From Kiloniellaceae bacterium (GTDB lineage: Bacteria; Pseudomonadota; Alphaproteobacteria; Kiloniellales; J153), in contig JAJFGP010000116.1 in assembly GCA_021776055.1 (NCBI GenBank), positions 13,547-77,546 on the forward strand: 64,000 nucleotides of DNA, in the 5' to 3' direction. Both the position numbers and the translations under genes were made by a program. Position 1 is the stretch's first letter; every line of letters begins with the position of its first letter. Shown piece after piece: positions 26,932 through 35,382 of the stretch. The notes under the pieces are model-generated. The model saw nothing but the letters and a program-made list of their open reading frames with translations, did not search any database and was not told the DNA's origin.

Positions 26932-27183
26932 ATGGAAAAACTAAAAGCCATTGTCGATGAAGCGCTTGCGAAACTCGCGGGAACCGTGCCTGACGATCAA
27001 ATCGACAAGGTGGCCAAAATAATCGAAGCAGCGGTTATCCGGGGTATGCTGGAAGGCCAGCACCGGGCTGTCGACGCCTGCAACGAATGCGGCAGTCCGG
27101 AAAAAGATCTCGCCCACAAAATCGCCACCGCCATCCGTCAGAAAAATGATGCTCTGATCGTCAACCTCTCCAGCCTGCGCTAA
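26932..27183 (+). CDS. small hypothetical protein (83 aa, helical, single CxxC)
   Basis: ATG preceded by GGAGAGGAAAGAGG. No family recognised. Contains CNEC. Confidence 0.5.
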   Translation: MEKLKAIVDEALAKLAGTVPDDQIDKVAKIIEAAVIRGMLEGQHRAVDACNECGSPEKDLAHKIATAIRQKNDALIVNLSSLR

Positions 27184-27216
27184 CATTCCCGCCACCACCC
27201 GCATAGCCCGTGAAGA

Positions 27217-27465
27217 TCAGAGGCCTAACGCCTCTCGGTAGACGAGCAAAGCAGGTTCGCCACCGGTGTGTATGAACACGATGTTGTCGTCGGGCGTCCA
27301 GCGTGCCTCGCGGACAAGCGCTATCAAGCCGGCGAGACCTTTTCCTGAATATACCGGATCGAGCAACAAGGCTTCGAGCCGCGCCGCCAGCTTGATCGCA
27401 TCAATAGTCGCGGCGTGCGGAACGCCATAAAGCGGGACCGGTGGTACGAAGATCGACTTATGCAC
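27217..27465 (-). pseudogene. C-terminal remnant of an ACC deaminase / D-cysteine desulfhydrase family (PLP-dependent) gene
   Basis: LLLDPVYSGKGLAGLIALV...IVFIHTGGEPAL matches the last ~75 aa of a ~330-aa family. A TAG lies immediately upstream of the first codon, and no N-terminal part is present in any frame before the next gene. Confidence 0.7.
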
Positions 27466-27555
27466 CTAGAGCTTGACCGGCAGCTCGATCGGACCGTCGC
27501 CGGCATTGTTGCGGATGGCGGGCCGGCGCGGAGCCAATGCCGAGGTCCCGGAGAA

Positions 27556-28452
27556 TTATGCCACGCTATCGAGCATATGCACCGAATGGACCGTCACATC
27601 GACTTTCATGTCGATAAAGTCTTCGGGCAAGCCATCGAATTTCCCAGATACCGGTATGGCTTGCGCCGGCTCGCGGGCCACGGCAACCGGCACCAGGTTG
27701 TGTCCGCCAACCGAGGCATTCGTTGGGTCGAATTCGATCCACCCGCCACCCGGCAGATACACCTGGACCCAGGCATGGGTCGCACCGGCGCCCATGACAT
27801 CGCTATTCTGACCGTCCAATGCCGGGTCATACAAATAGCCACTCACAAAACGAGCGGCCAAACCGACACTGCGCACGGCTTCCATCATGAACAGCGCATA
27901 GTCGCGGCACGATCCGCTTCGAGATTTCAGCGTCTCGACCGGGGTTTGCACCCCCGGCTCCCACCGTTCCATATAGGTGAAGTCGCTCCGGATAGCTGCA
28001 TTTACGGTGCGCAGGAACGTTTCCGTATCGCTGGATCCGCTGTTCTCGAGAAAATTCCGCGTCCATTCCGTCACGACGCGCTCCGGATCCGGGTAATGGC
28101 GCTCGATCGTGCGTCCCAGATCCGGCACTTCGCTGGCCGGATAGCTGAATGGAATCTTGCGGGCAAATTGCTCGATCGGGAACTCGATGCCTGTCAGCGG
28201 ATAGCGGTCGATGACAATCTGCGATTCCAGGCGCAGTATATCCGAGGGCTTATCGAAGGTCGCCACCGCCACCGAATTTCCAAACACATCGTACAACCAG
28301 CGTAGTTTGGCCTGCGGCTCAATGGTCAGGGCCGAATCGAGAAGCCGCAGATCGTGGCTGTCCCGGGGCCGGAAGATCAGGCGATGCTCGCCAAATTTTA
28401 CCTCACGGCGGTAGGTGTATGTGGTGGTGTGCTTGACCGTTAGCCGCTGCAC
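27556..28452 (-). CDS. transglutaminase family protein (Bact_transglu_N + transglutaminase-like core)
   Basis: MQRLTVKHTTTYTYRREV N-terminal domain. Core GSCRDYALFMMEAVRSVGLAARFVSGY...HAWVQVYLPGGGWIEFDPTN (Cys-His-Asp). GTG start. Confidence 0.85.
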   Translation of the reverse strand: MQRLTVKHTTTYTYRREVKFGEHRLIFRPRDSHDLRLLDSALTIEPQAKLRWLYDVFGNSVAVATFDKPSDILRLESQIVIDRYPLTGIEFPIEQFARKIPFSYPASEVPDLGRTIERHYPDPERVVTEWTRNFLENSGSSDTETFLRTVNAAIRSDFTYMERWEPGVQTPVETLKSRSGSCRDYALFMMEAVRSVGLAARFVSGYLYDPALDGQNSDVMGAGATHAWVQVYLPGGGWIEFDPTNASVGGHNLVPVAVAREPAQAIPVSGKFDGLPEDFIDMKVDVTVHSVHMLDSVA

Positions 28453-28571
28453 GGATGCGACCTCATGATTGGTGATTGGCGCCGAACGATGGCATCTGGT
28501 AACAGAACATCAACTTATTAACCAATTGGAAATTAGCCGTTTTCAGTTATTTAGAGGCGATACTCTCTCGT

Positions 28572-29507
28572 CTATCTAAAGTAGGTCTCGCCGATGACAT
28601 TCGAAACGCGGCCGAGCGAGACCTGTAATCCGTCGAGAAAAGCATGCAGGCTGTTTGGCGTCAACTCATGGCCCGGCCCGGTATCGAGCGAGAACTCCAA
28701 GGATCGCCGGGCTTCCTCGACTTTGGTGCCGCGCCGCATCCCATGTCGCTTTTCAATATCCTGCAAAAGCTCGGTTACCCGGCCGACACAAAGTGTCACG
28801 GCGCGCGGGAATTCGGTGTCGTAAAGCAGAAAGGCCGCGATGTCGTGCGGCCCCGACAAGCCCGGATGCCGACCGCGATATGCATGATAGGCGGAAACGG
28901 AGCGAAGCAACAGGTTCCACTGCACCGTCGCCACCGTGTCTTCCTTGTCGAGAAGCAGGCGATCGGAGCTGATGTCAAGAATACGGGTCGTTTGGTCGGC
29001 GCGTTCGAGATACTTGCCGATTTGAAAGAAACACCAGGGTTCGCCGCGCAGGAACGTGCCTTCGGCAATGCCCTCGAATGACTGGCACCCATTGATGACC
29101 GCGGTTGCGACAACAGAGAGATTGGCAAGGCTCAGGTCCTTGGCACTCAAGGCGCGCACTTGGCTGGAGAAAATATTCAGGTGGGTCCACATCTCGGTGC
29201 TGATGAGATGGCGCACCGAACGCGCATTCTCCCGCGCCGCGACGATGGCTGAGACAATGGAAGCCGGATTGTCGCGCTCGATCACATAGAAACCGAGCAC
29301 CGAAGCGGCATCGGCTTCGTCGTGGGTAGAATCGAATCTTTTCTCGTCCGAATAGAGCCGTAAGACGCGGCGCCACTCGGGCCCATGCGGGTCGTCACGA
29401 CCATAGGTTTCGTTGATGTGCAGGATGCGCGCGATGTTTTCCGCCCGCTCGAGGTATCTGCCGAGCCAGCACATGTTCCCGGCGAAGCGGGCAAGGAGAC
29501 TAGACAA
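28572..29507 (-). CDS. alpha-E domain protein (DUF403)
   Basis: MCWLGRYLERAENIARIL and a second KYLERADQTTRIL repeat. 8-nt overlap with the upstream ATP-grasp gene. Confidence 0.8.
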   Translation of the reverse strand: MSSLLARFAGNMCWLGRYLERAENIARILHINETYGRDDPHGPEWRRVLRLYSDEKRFDSTHDEADAASVLGFYVIERDNPASIVSAIVAARENARSVRHLISTEMWTHLNIFSSQVRALSAKDLSLANLSVVATAVINGCQSFEGIAEGTFLRGEPWCFFQIGKYLERADQTTRILDISSDRLLLDKEDTVATVQWNLLLRSVSAYHAYRGRHPGLSGPHDIAAFLLYDTEFPRAVTLCVGRVTELLQDIEKRHGMRRGTKVEEARRSLEFSLDTGPGHELTPNSLHAFLDGLQVSLGRVSNVIGETYFR

Positions 29508-30960
29508 GGACCCAAGTATCCTTCGAGCCGCCGCCTTGCGACGAATTGACCACCAGCGAACCGCGCCGCAGCGCCACGCGCGAGAGACCGCCGGATAGCA
29601 CCCAGGTGGAGTCTCCGGTTAGCGCGAAGGGCCGTAGATCGACGTGCCGCGGCTCGATGGCACGGCCGATCAGGGTGGGGCAGACCGACAGATTCACCAT
29701 CGGTTGACTGATGTAATTCGCCGGATTCGATCGAAGCAAGGTTTTCAATTCCTGCAACTCGCGTTTGCTGGCGCGCGGACCGATGACGACGCCATACCCA
29801 CCGGCCTCGCCGACCGGCTTGGTGACCAGCTTGTCCAAATTCGCCAAGGTCTTTGCCAGCCCTTCCGGTTCCCGGCAAATATTGGTCGGAACATTGTCGA
29901 GAATGGGATCTTCATCGAGGTAATACCGGATGATCCGCGGCATATAGGCGTAGACTGCCTTGTCGTCGGCAATGCCGGTACCAATGGCATTGGCCAGGGT
30001 TACATTGCCCTTGCGGTAGGCGCTAAAGAGACCGGCCACGCCAAGCGTACTTTCGGACCGGAATGCGTCCGGATCCAAGAAGTCGTCGTTTATACGCCGG
30101 TAGATGACGTGCACCGGCTCCAGGCCGTTCGTCGTGCGCATGTAGACCTTATCGTTCTCGACCACTAGGTCCTGCCCTTCGACCAGCGGCGCCCCCATCT
30201 CGCGCGCCAGATAGACATGCTCGAAATAGGCCGAGTTGAAGACACCGGGCGACAGCAGGACGACGGTCGGATCGGTCACGCCAATGGGCGCTACAGCCGC
30301 CATGGCACGCGCCAGTTGGGCGCCATAGGAATCCACATTGGCGATATGAAACCCGTCGGCGAGATCGGGAAACGCCCGCATCATCAAGTGGCGGTTTTCG
30401 ATCACATAAGACACACCCGACGGCGTGCGCCCGTTGTCTTCCAACACCAGAAATTTGCCTTTTTCATCGCGCACGATGTCGGTGCCGCAGATATGAACGT
30501 AGGTGCCATGCGGAACATCCACGTCACGCATTTCTTCGCGATAGTGTTCATGGCCGATGATAAGGTCGGTCGGCACAATCCCATCCTTGAGGATGTGTTG
30601 CTTGTGATACACATCATGCAGAAAGGCATTTATCGCGGCGACGCGCTGCTTCACGCCGCTTTCGATGATCTTCCAGTCCACCGGTGATAGCACCCGAGGT
30701 ATCACATCGAACGGCAGAATGCGGTCGATGGCGTCCCGGTCGGTGTAGACGGTGAATGTGATGCCAAGATTGAACAGCTCTTTCTCGGCATTCCGCGCTC
30801 GCCGCCGCAGCGCGGCCATATCCATCTGATTTAATCGTTTGCAGATCTCCCGCGTATGCGGGAGCGTGCGCCGGCCAAACATCTCGCAATAGTATTCGCC
30901 AAAATCATAGTCGGCGAGAAGAGGGCCAGTTGGGGTCAAGAATGACGGGCTATGGGGCAT
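29500..30960 (-). CDS. circularly permuted type-2 ATP-grasp protein (DUF404/DUF407)
   Basis: 486 aa with family-typical blocks (IIRYYLDEDPILDNVPT, LVTKPVGEAGGYGVVIGP). First gene of the conserved three-gene operon. Confidence 0.8.
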   Translation of the reverse strand: MPHSPSFLTPTGPLLADYDFGEYYCEMFGRRTLPHTREICKRLNQMDMAALRRRARNAEKELFNLGITFTVYTDRDAIDRILPFDVIPRVLSPVDWKIIESGVKQRVAAINAFLHDVYHKQHILKDGIVPTDLIIGHEHYREEMRDVDVPHGTYVHICGTDIVRDEKGKFLVLEDNGRTPSGVSYVIENRHLMMRAFPDLADGFHIANVDSYGAQLARAMAAVAPIGVTDPTVVLLSPGVFNSAYFEHVYLAREMGAPLVEGQDLVVENDKVYMRTTNGLEPVHVIYRRINDDFLDPDAFRSESTLGVAGLFSAYRKGNVTLANAIGTGIADDKAVYAYMPRIIRYYLDEDPILDNVPTNICREPEGLAKTLANLDKLVTKPVGEAGGYGVVIGPRASKRELQELKTLLRSNPANYISQPMVNLSVCPTLIGRAIEPRHVDLRPFALTGDSTWVLSGGLSRVALRRGSLVVNSSQGGGSKDTWVLV

Positions 30961-31240
30961 ACTGAACTTTCTTCAGGTCCTCGCAATCGTCCAATACCCT
31001 TTGCAAACCATTTCGATAGGTACAGTACATCGCTTTGATTCGCCTATACTTATCTGCCATGCGCTGTCATCAGTTTTAGTGTATTTCACCGTCGGCAAGA
31101 CCGCTATACTGCCAATAGCTTAGTTCGGCGGCGACATGCTAGGCAAGGCGGCGGCCTAAACGCTACAAGCTTGCCGTGGCGCCGCGGTATGGGGTAATTA
31201 GGCGGCGGAGTGGTCGCGACGATGCTAGAGAGGGAACCCC

Positions 31241-31363
31241 ATGGCCGACGACAAAATTCTTGAGGAACACCGCAAGTCCTGGCACGGCTTTGTCTGGCTT
31301 ATGACAATCTCGGCGGCAGGCACCGTGCTGACCTTGGCCCTGATGGCGATTTTTCTGACCTGA
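31241..31363 (+). CDS. aa3-type cytochrome oxidase subunit IV-like mini-protein (40 aa, one TM helix)
   Basis: Not in the ORF track (<60 aa). Translation is MADDKILEEHRKSWHGFVWLMTISAAGTVLTLALMAIFLT. The HxKxWxGF + TM pattern matches the bacterial COX4_pro_2 family from memory. GAGAGGG lies upstream of the ATG. Confidence 0.55.
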   Translation: MADDKILEEHRKSWHGFVWLMTISAAGTVLTLALMAIFLT

Positions 31364-31394
31364 CGGCGCCGCTGGTAAGGCGCTGACTTGCGCC

Positions 31395-31817
31395 CTACCC
31401 CACGATCTCCGCATCGGTGAAGAAATAGGCGATCTCCTGAGCCGCGGTCTCGGGGGCGTCGGAGCCGTGTACTGAATTCGCCTCGATGGACTCGGCGAAG
31501 AGGGCGCGGATGGTGCCTTTTTTCGCATCGGCCGGGTTCGTAGCCCCCATGACTTCGCGGTTCTTGGCGATGGCGTTTTCGCCTTCCAGGACCTGAACGA
31601 CCACCGGGCCGGAGGTCATGAAGGTGCACAAGTCATTGAAAAACGGACGTTCCTTGTGGACGGCGTAGAAACCCTCGGCCTGGGCACGGGTTAGGCGCAG
31701 GCGCTTGCTGGCGATAACGCGCAGGCCGGCCTCCTCGAAACAGGTGAGGATCTTGCCGGTTAGGTTACGCCGGGTCGCGTCCGGCTTAATGATGGAAAAG
31801 GTTCTCTCGATAGCCAT
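31395..31817 (-). CDS. ndk: nucleoside-diphosphate kinase
   Basis: [14 protein letters not shown]...NSVHGSDA, 140 aa. The track ORF's long N-terminal extension is a no-stop artefact. Confidence 0.92.
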   Translation of the reverse strand: MAIERTFSIIKPDATRRNLTGKILTCFEEAGLRVIASKRLRLTRAQAEGFYAVHKERPFFNDLCTFMTSGPVVVQVLEGENAIAKNREVMGATNPADAKKGTIRALFAESIEANSVHGSDAPETAAQEIAYFFTDAEIVG

Positions 31818-31952
31818 GGCCTGCCTGTCTCCTCCTGATGATTTGGCTGGGTGCGCGGGTCGCGCGTTATAACGGCCACAGGGACCTCCGGCAACCGTCT
31901 GGAGCCAATACCTTTCCGGGCCGGCAGGCGACGTGCTATCACCGCCCCCGCC

Positions 31953-33851
31953 ATGCTCCATATCAATGATCTCATCTATCGTATCGCCGGCCGGCCGCTG
32001 TTCGACAGCGCCACGGTCGCCATCAACAAGGGCGAGCGGGTCGGCCTGATCGGCCGCAACGGCAGTGGTAAAACCACCCTGCTGCGCCTGATCGGCGGCG
32101 AGCTGCAGGCGGACGGCGGCTCCATCTCGCTGCCCCGCACCCAGCGCATCGGCCGAGTCGCGCAAGAGGCGCCCTCGGGCCCGGAGAGCCTGCTGGAGAC
32201 GGTGCTGGCGGCCGATAGCGAACGCACGGCCCTGCTGGCCGAGGCCGTGGACTGCGACGATCCGGCCCGCATCGCCGAGCTCCACGAGCGCTTGGCGACT
32301 ATCGGCGCCGATAGCGCCCCGGCTCGAGCGGCGCGTATCCTGGCCGGTTTGGGCTTCGACGAGCCGGCGCAAGGGCGCCCCTGCGCCGAATTATCCGGCG
32401 GCTGGCGCATGCGGGTTGCCCTGGCCTCCCTGCTGTTCGCGGCCCCGGATCTGCTGCTGCTGGACGAGCCGACCAACCACCTGGATCTGGAGGCAACGCT
32501 GTGGTTGGAGGGGTTCCTGAACACCTATCCCGGCACCTTGATCCTGGTATCCCACGACCGCGACCTGTTGAACCGGGTGCCGCGCAAGATCGTCCATGTG
32601 GAGGAGGGCAAGCTGGTCCTCTATGCCGGCAACTACGACCGCTTCGAGCGCACCCGACGCGAGCGCATGGAGCGGCAATCGGCCATGCAGACCCGGCAAC
32701 TGGCTCAGCGGCGGCACATCCAGTCCTTTGTCGACCGCTTCCGCTACAAGGCCAGCAAGGCTCGCCAGGCACAATCGCGGATCAAGGCCCTGGCCCGCAT
32801 GGAACCGATCGTCAGTGTCGTCGAGAAACACACGGTTGCCTTCACCTTTCCCGAGCCCGGCCCCCTGTCGCCGCCGTTGCTGACCCTGGACCGGGCAAGC
32901 GCCGGTTATCAGGCGGACGCGCCCGTTCTGCGTGACCTCGATCTGCGCATCGACATGGACGACCAGATTGCCCTGCTAGGTGCCAACGGCAACGGCAAAT
33001 CCACCCTGATGCGCCTGCTGGCCGGGCGCTTGGCGCCGCAAGCTGGGCGCCTGGTCAAGTCGGGCAAGTTGCGCATCGGTTATTTTTCGCAGGACCAGGC
33101 CGAGGAGTTGGACCTGGAGGCAACACCCCTGCAGCTCATGGCGCGCGCTTTGCCGCTGGAGCCGGAAACGCGCCTGCGCTCACAGCTTGCCCGCTTCGGC
33201 TTCAACCATGGTCATGTGGAAACACGCGTTGGCGACCTGTCGGGCGGCGAGAAGGCCCGCCTGCTGTTTGCCATCATGACCCGCGAGGCACCCCAGATCC
33301 TACTGCTCGACGAGCCAACCAACCATCTCGATGTGGATTCCCGCGAAGCCCTGGTGCAGGCCATCAACGGCTTCGAGGGCGCCGTGGTCCTGGTCTCCCA
33401 TGATTCGCATCTGATTGAGCTGACCGCCGACCGTCTGTGGTTGGTTGCCGACGGCACCGTCGCGCCATTCGACGGCGACCTTGAAGACTACCGGCGCGTC
33501 TTGAAGGAGCAGCGGCGGGCGGAACGGACCAAGACCCGAAGCGACTCGTCAAAAGAGGCCCCTGCCGGCGGCCATCGCAAGGAGCGACGCCGAGCCGCCG
33601 CTCAAGCGCGCGCCGAGGTCGCCCACCTACGCCGCGCGGCGGGCCAGGCTGAATCCCGCATCGAGAAATTGACCAAGGAAAAAATGGTGCTGGAGGCGAA
33701 GTTGGCGGACCCGGAAATCTACCAGGGCTCCACCGCCAAGCTGATGGCCTTGCAAGTCAAGTTCGGCGAAATCAAACGCGCCATCGCCGAGGCCGAGGAA
33801 GCATGGCTTCAGGCGCAGGCGGCCACGGAAACCGACACCGCCGATACCTGA
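31953..33851 (+). CDS. ABC-F family ATPase (translation-associated, no TM domain)
   Basis: Two cassettes: GRNGSGKTT / LSGGWRMR and GANGNGKST / LSGGEKARL. Charged coiled-coil C-terminus. Confidence 0.85.
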   Translation: MLHINDLIYRIAGRPLFDSATVAINKGERVGLIGRNGSGKTTLLRLIGGELQADGGSISLPRTQRIGRVAQEAPSGPESLLETVLAADSERTALLAEAVDCDDPARIAELHERLATIGADSAPARAARILAGLGFDEPAQGRPCAELSGGWRMRVALASLLFAAPDLLLLDEPTNHLDLEATLWLEGFLNTYPGTLILVSHDRDLLNRVPRKIVHVEEGKLVLYAGNYDRFERTRRERMERQSAMQTRQLAQRRHIQSFVDRFRYKASKARQAQSRIKALARMEPIVSVVEKHTVAFTFPEPGPLSPPLLTLDRASAGYQADAPVLRDLDLRIDMDDQIALLGANGNGKSTLMRLLAGRLAPQAGRLVKSGKLRIGYFSQDQAEELDLEATPLQLMARALPLEPETRLRSQLARFGFNHGHVETRVGDLSGGEKARLLFAIMTREAPQILLLDEPTNHLDVDSREALVQAINGFEGAVVLVSHDSHLIELTADRLWLVADGTVAPFDGDLEDYRRVLKEQRRAERTKTRSDSSKEAPAGGHRKERRRAAAQARAEVAHLRRAAGQAESRIEKLTKEKMVLEAKLADPEIYQGSTAKLMALQVKFGEIKRAIAEAEEAWLQAQAATETDTADT

Positions 33852-33957
33852 TCCCGCAATGCGGGTAACGCCGAGCAGCCTTGCAGCATAGCCGTGCCAT
33901 GGCACGTTCGAATCTGACTAGAATGTCATCGTAACGTATCGGCGCGCGGGTATTTGG

Positions 33958-34920
33958 ATGACGACCAGCGGAAACGAAGCGGCGGCGGACGCGCTGCCGG
34001 CTGTAGAGGAGATCGAACGCGAGCGTGCTCGGGAGACGGCCCGTGGCATCGTGCTCATGCTTGTATCCGTACTTTTGTTCGCCTGCATGGACGTGGCGGT
34101 CAAATGGCTGGGCGCTACCTACCCGACCATACAGATCGTTTTTTTCCGCAGCCTGTTCGCCTTCATCCCCCTGAGTCTGTTTATTTTTCGCGGCACCGGC
34201 CTAGCGGCCCTGCGGACCCAACGGCCTCTACAGCACGCCGTGCGGTCGCTGGTCGGCCTGGCGGCAATGAGCAGTTTTTTCTACGCGTACTCGCAGATGC
34301 CCTTAGCCAATGCCGTGGCCATCGGCTTTGCGGCGCCCATGTTCATCACCGCGCTATCGGTGCCCCTGTTGGGTGAAAAAGTCGGGCCGCGCCGGTGGAT
34401 GGCGGTTCTGGTGGGCTTTATCGGCGTTCTTGTAATCGTCAAGCCGGATGCGGGAGTGTTCCACGCCGCCGCCCCCGTCGCGTTGGCCGGCACCGTGTTC
34501 TACGCGTTGGCCATGATCTTCGTGCGCCGCCTCGGCCGCACCGAGACGAGTACCGCCATCGTGTTCTATTTCACCGTATGCTGCACCCTGGTTTCCGGCA
34601 TTTTCATGCCGTTCGTCTGGGTCGCCCCAGACGCGGAAGGGTGGGCGCTGTTGATTCTGGTTGGCTTGCTCGGTGGCCTGGCACAGATGGCCATGACGAA
34701 CGCCGTGCGCCTAGCGGATATATCGGTGGTCGCCCCGTTCGACTACACGGCACTGCTATGGACCGCGCTGCTAGGCTTTTTGATTTGGAGTGAAGTTCCC
34801 GGCCTAAGCGTTTGGTTGGGCGCCGTGATTGTCGTGGCCAGCGGTATCTACATTCTCTACCGCGAGGCACACCTGGGGTTGCCACGCGGGATGGCGCGCC
34901 GTCTGCAAGCCCGGCGCTAA
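33958..34920 (+). CDS. DMT superfamily transporter (EamA-type)
   Basis: Ten predicted hydrophobic segments in two EamA-like halves. Confidence 0.75.
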   Translation: MTTSGNEAAADALPAVEEIERERARETARGIVLMLVSVLLFACMDVAVKWLGATYPTIQIVFFRSLFAFIPLSLFIFRGTGLAALRTQRPLQHAVRSLVGLAAMSSFFYAYSQMPLANAVAIGFAAPMFITALSVPLLGEKVGPRRWMAVLVGFIGVLVIVKPDAGVFHAAAPVALAGTVFYALAMIFVRRLGRTETSTAIVFYFTVCCTLVSGIFMPFVWVAPDAEGWALLILVGLLGGLAQMAMTNAVRLADISVVAPFDYTALLWTALLGFLIWSEVPGLSVWLGAVIVVASGIYILYREAHLGLPRGMARRLQARR

Positions 34921-35372
34921 TCGGTCTTCTTCTCCGCCCAGGCGCCGCGTTCGTCCTGCTGCCAATACGAGACGTCGTGGCCGGCATCCGTGAACGTCCG
35001 CCACTGGGCCCGCGCGCCCGCCGTCGCCTCCGGATCGTTGCCGTCAAAAAGGACGGCGCAGCGCGAGAATTCGCCGACCCGCTGCGAATTGGCGCCATCG
35101 GTGAGGAATAGAACATCGGCACTGTTGGGCACCTCGTCCTGATCGCTCAGCCAGACCGGCTGATCCTCTGCATGCCCATCCTTGGCCGACCCGTGTGGCA
35201 GGAACGTACGGTCGTTGTACGACCATAGCCAGGCGTTCAACGCCTCGACCCGCTCCTCCGAACTAGCCAACACCAGGGCGCGCTGACCTCGCTCCAGAGT
35301 CATTTCCAGCATGCGCGGTAAGGCCCGCTCCAGGGTCGATCGTGTGAGGTGGTAGAAGCGGGCCTCGGTCAC
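34917..35372 (-). CDS. holC: DNA polymerase III subunit chi
   Basis: (V)TEARFYHL N-terminus, about 150 aa. GTG 35372 lies 11 nt after the pepA stop; classic pepA-holC pairing. Confidence 0.75.
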   Translation of the reverse strand: MTEARFYHLTRSTLERALPRMLEMTLERGQRALVLASSEERVEALNAWLWSYNDRTFLPHGSAKDGHAEDQPVWLSDQDEVPNSADVLFLTDGANSQRVGEFSRCAVLFDGNDPEATAGARAQWRTFTDAGHDVSYWQQDERGAWAEKKTD

Positions 35373-35382
35373 CGTCGGTTCC

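Noticed and set aside
31395-32372. 325-aa track ORF suggesting a very long N-terminal extension of ndk. Analogous extensions occur on rnd, HAD, M23, TPR, lptF, ABC-F, radA, yicC and DUF2066.
   Set aside because: The conserved proteins start at internal ATG, GTG or TTG codons that give canonical N-termini or signal peptides. The upstream parts overlap neighbouring genes or promoters.
33899-33915. TGGCAC within the 14-bp palindrome as a possible sigma-54 -24 element
   Set aside because: The required -12 TTGC element at the right spacing is absent; the sequence there is GTTCGAATC.
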